Shown here piece after piece: positions 30,051 to 32,000 of a DNA stretch of 32,000 nucleotides. Each line of letters opens with the position of its first letter. Positions within the stretch are counted from its first letter, which is position 1. The translations under genes were made by a program, and so were the position numbers. The stretch comes from a cyanobacterium endosymbiont of Braarudosphaera bigelowii (GTDB lineage Bacteria > Cyanobacteriota > Cyanobacteriia > Cyanobacteriales > Microcystaceae). Under the pieces are notes generated by a model. It did no database searches and was not told the origin of the DNA. It saw nothing but the letters and a program-made list of their open reading frames with translations. The DNA lies in NCBI RefSeq assembly GCF_020885515.1, contig NZ_AP024987.1, forward strand, positions 1,380,001 to 1,412,000, given 5' to 3'.

Positions 30051-31466
30051 CTAGTTACTTACTGAGTTTGGTATTAACATTTGATAATTATTAATTTTCT
30101 CTAATTGAGCAGCTACACGAATTAAAGCCAGCTCATCAGCAGGTTTTCCTACTAGTTGGATTCCTATTGGTAATCCTAAATCATCGTATCCCATAGGTAA
30201 ACTTATGACAGGTAATCCACTAGCATTAAATGCTGGGCAAGGAGATATCCAGTTAATAATTTTATCTAAAGTTTTTTCAGGTGATAAGTCAGACCATTCT
30301 CCAACTTTTATGGGTTGATGTAAATAGACAGGTAAGACTAAAATATCGAAAGTATCAAAAAAACTTACTAATTTACGAGAAAAAATTTGTACTTTATGAA
30401 CTGCCTGTAAATACTCTCCTGCTGTTACAGTACGTTGTTGTAGCCAAATATTTAATGGGCTTAGAATACTCAATGGCAATCCAGCTGCTTCGACTCCTGA
30501 TTGCCAAATAACTGTAAATGGATCAATTAAAGCTTCTACCGAAGGACATTTCTCTTCTAAATGATGTCCCAAAGATTCCAGAAGTAAAGCAGTTTTTTGA
30601 ATTGTTTTTTTGATAATCAACTCAGTTTCTAGAAAAGGTGGAATATAGTGAGAAAAAGCAATAGTTAGAGGCTGAGAAACTTGTTTAGAAGCCTCTAGAA
30701 AAGAAGTTTTAGATGTGGGCAACCAGTATGGATCACCTTTAGTATAGCCTGCCATTATATCTAACAAAGCTGCAGCATCACTTACTGTACGTGCTATGGG
30801 ACCATTACTAGAAATTCCACTTTGGTAATCTCCCATAGGAGCATTAGACACTCTTCCTCTGGAAGGTTTTATTCCAACCAATCCACAACAACCTGCTGGC
30901 CCTCGAATTGATCCACCCCCATCAGAACCTTGAGCAATCGGACACATCCCTGAAGCAACGGCTGCTGCTGAACCACCACTCGATCCTCCTGAAGTATAAT
31001 CTAAATTCCAGGGATTTCGGGAAGGTAAAAATCCTGGAGGCTCTGTATATGGAAACGATCCTAACTGGGAAGTCGCTGTTTTCCCTAAAATTATAAATCC
31101 AGCATTTTTTAAACGCTTGGTCACTTCATCATCATAACTAGCAACATTATTTTTAAGAGCAGATATACCATAGGTTAAAGGCATATTGACTACAGAGTTA
31201 AGATCCTTTATACCAATAGGAACTCCAAAAAAAGGAGGAAGATAATTCAGATTAGATATGGTGTTTAATTTTTTCGTCTTTTTTTCGGCATCTCTAAGAG
31301 CAGCTTTTTTTGCAACGAAAAAAAAGCTTCCTAGTTTTGAATTATATTTTTCAATTCGTTCTAAAAATAATTGAGTTAGATCTAAAGGTGTAATTTGACG
31401 ATCTAGAATTAGCTTAGCCAATTCTAAGGCAGGAGTAAAAGCTAAATCAATATCAATTGAGCTCAT
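30051..31466 (-). CDS. Amidase signature family hydrolase
   Basis: 471 aa; catalytic IKDLN, TSGGSSGGSAAAVASG, GSDGGGSIRGPAGCCGLVGIKPSRGRV. Confidence 0.9.
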   Translation of the reverse strand: MSSIDIDLAFTPALELAKLILDRQITPLDLTQLFLERIEKYNSKLGSFFFVAKKAALRDAEKKTKKLNTISNLNYLPPFFGVPIGIKDLNSVVNMPLTYGISALKNNVASYDDEVTKRLKNAGFIILGKTATSQLGSFPYTEPPGFLPSRNPWNLDYTSGGSSGGSAAAVASGMCPIAQGSDGGGSIRGPAGCCGLVGIKPSRGRVSNAPMGDYQSGISSNGPIARTVSDAAALLDIMAGYTKGDPYWLPTSKTSFLEASKQVSQPLTIAFSHYIPPFLETELIIKKTIQKTALLLESLGHHLEEKCPSVEALIDPFTVIWQSGVEAAGLPLSILSPLNIWLQQRTVTAGEYLQAVHKVQIFSRKLVSFFDTFDILVLPVYLHQPIKVGEWSDLSPEKTLDKIINWISPCPAFNASGLPVISLPMGYDDLGLPIGIQLVGKPADELALIRVAAQLEKINNYQMLIPNSVSN

Positions 31467-31746
31467 TTGTAATAGATACTAAATATCTTGTAATTATAGG
31501 ATATCTGATTTAAAACTAGTATTGTATTGATGTACTAATCAATTATTTTATTATTAAGAATAATTGATATTACTTTTGATACTCTTCACATAGTCTTTCT
31601 GTAAATTTTATCTTATTGATAAAATAAATATTTTTCTAGTTTCATACTACTTCAGTAGTGTTTATTAAAATTTAGTAATGAGAAAGTTGATAGACATAAT
31701 TTTATGTAACACTATAGTATTAACTAAGTTTTCATTGTCCTAATAT

Positions 31747-32000
31747 ATGACTTCATTCCCCTACAAAGTTTGTATTACTTTAGGAACTCGTCCAGAAGCG
31801 ATAAAGCTTGCTCCTTTAATAAAAAAATTTCAGAGTTCCAAGATGCTTAATACCTATGTTATCTTAACAGGACAGCATCAAGAAATGGTAAGACAGGTTA
31901 TGAAGTTATTTAATATTGAGGCTAATGAAGATTTAAAGATAATGCAGCCTGATCAAAGTCTTACTGATATTACTTGTCGTAGCTTAAAAGGACTAGAAGA
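31747..32000 (+). CDS. wecB: UDP-N-acetylglucosamine 2-epimerase, 5' part (runs off window)
   Basis: Manual translation MTSFPYKVCITLGTRPEAIKLAPLIKKFQSSKMLNTYVILTGQHQEMVRQVMKLFNIEANEDLKIMQPDQSLTDITCRSLKGLE... Confidence 0.88.
   Translation, partial: MTSFPYKVCITLGTRPEAIKLAPLIKKFQSSKMLNTYVILTGQHQEMVRQVMKLFNIEANEDLKIMQPDQSLTDITCRSLKGLE

Noticed and set aside
30281-31096. Two plus-strand ORFs antisense to the amidase
   Set aside because: Opposite intact amidase catalytic motifs; no independent support.
30051-31466. Assignment as GatA (Glu-tRNA amidotransferase subunit A)
   Set aside because: The sequence has GSDGGGSIRGPAG rather than the GSDTGGSIRQPA typical of GatA, so only the general amidase family is claimed.
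1-32000. CRISPR arrays, tRNA/rRNA genes, transposases, phage or toxin-antitoxin genes
   Set aside because: No regularly spaced repeats, no GC-rich cloverleaf or GTTCRA-type signals, and no recombinase/transposase motifs seen on reading both strands; a tRNAscan/Infernal run would be needed to be certain.

Overview
This is an AT-rich (roughly 30% GC by eye) cyanobacterial chromosome segment with housekeeping gene content and no recognisable mobile element, CRISPR array, tRNA or rRNA. Supported genes: deoC-like, a GAF/histidine kinase resembling Hik2/CSK, a DUF3155-like protein, two cytochrome b6 heme-assembly (CCB-type) proteins, Tic22-like, an FAD oxidoreductase, smc, ispE, an OB-fold-like protein, hisS, an O-carbamoyltransferase/SxtJ/DUF5989 (SxtK-like) cassette, aspS, ftsW, cofH, galE, acsF, an ABC exporter, an amidase and a 5'-partial wecB. 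Summed CDS lengths cover about 78% of the window, and several noncoding gaps are 0.8-1.0 kb. With the AT bias and PSI/b6f/chlorophyll-type content this fits a genome-reduced, Crocosphaera/Cyanothece-related symbiont such as UCYN-A, but that is an inference. Most notable observations: (1) a full-length DeoC whose Schiff-base Lys is Glu and whose catalytic Asp is Asn; (2) a compact carbamoyltransferase-SxtJ-SxtK-like operon whose 53-aa third gene is missing from the ORF track; (3) a 35-bp-arm inverted repeat and other long perfect AT-rich hairpins at convergent gene junctions; (4) a Hik2/CSK-like redox kinase that keeps a Cys at position 19.
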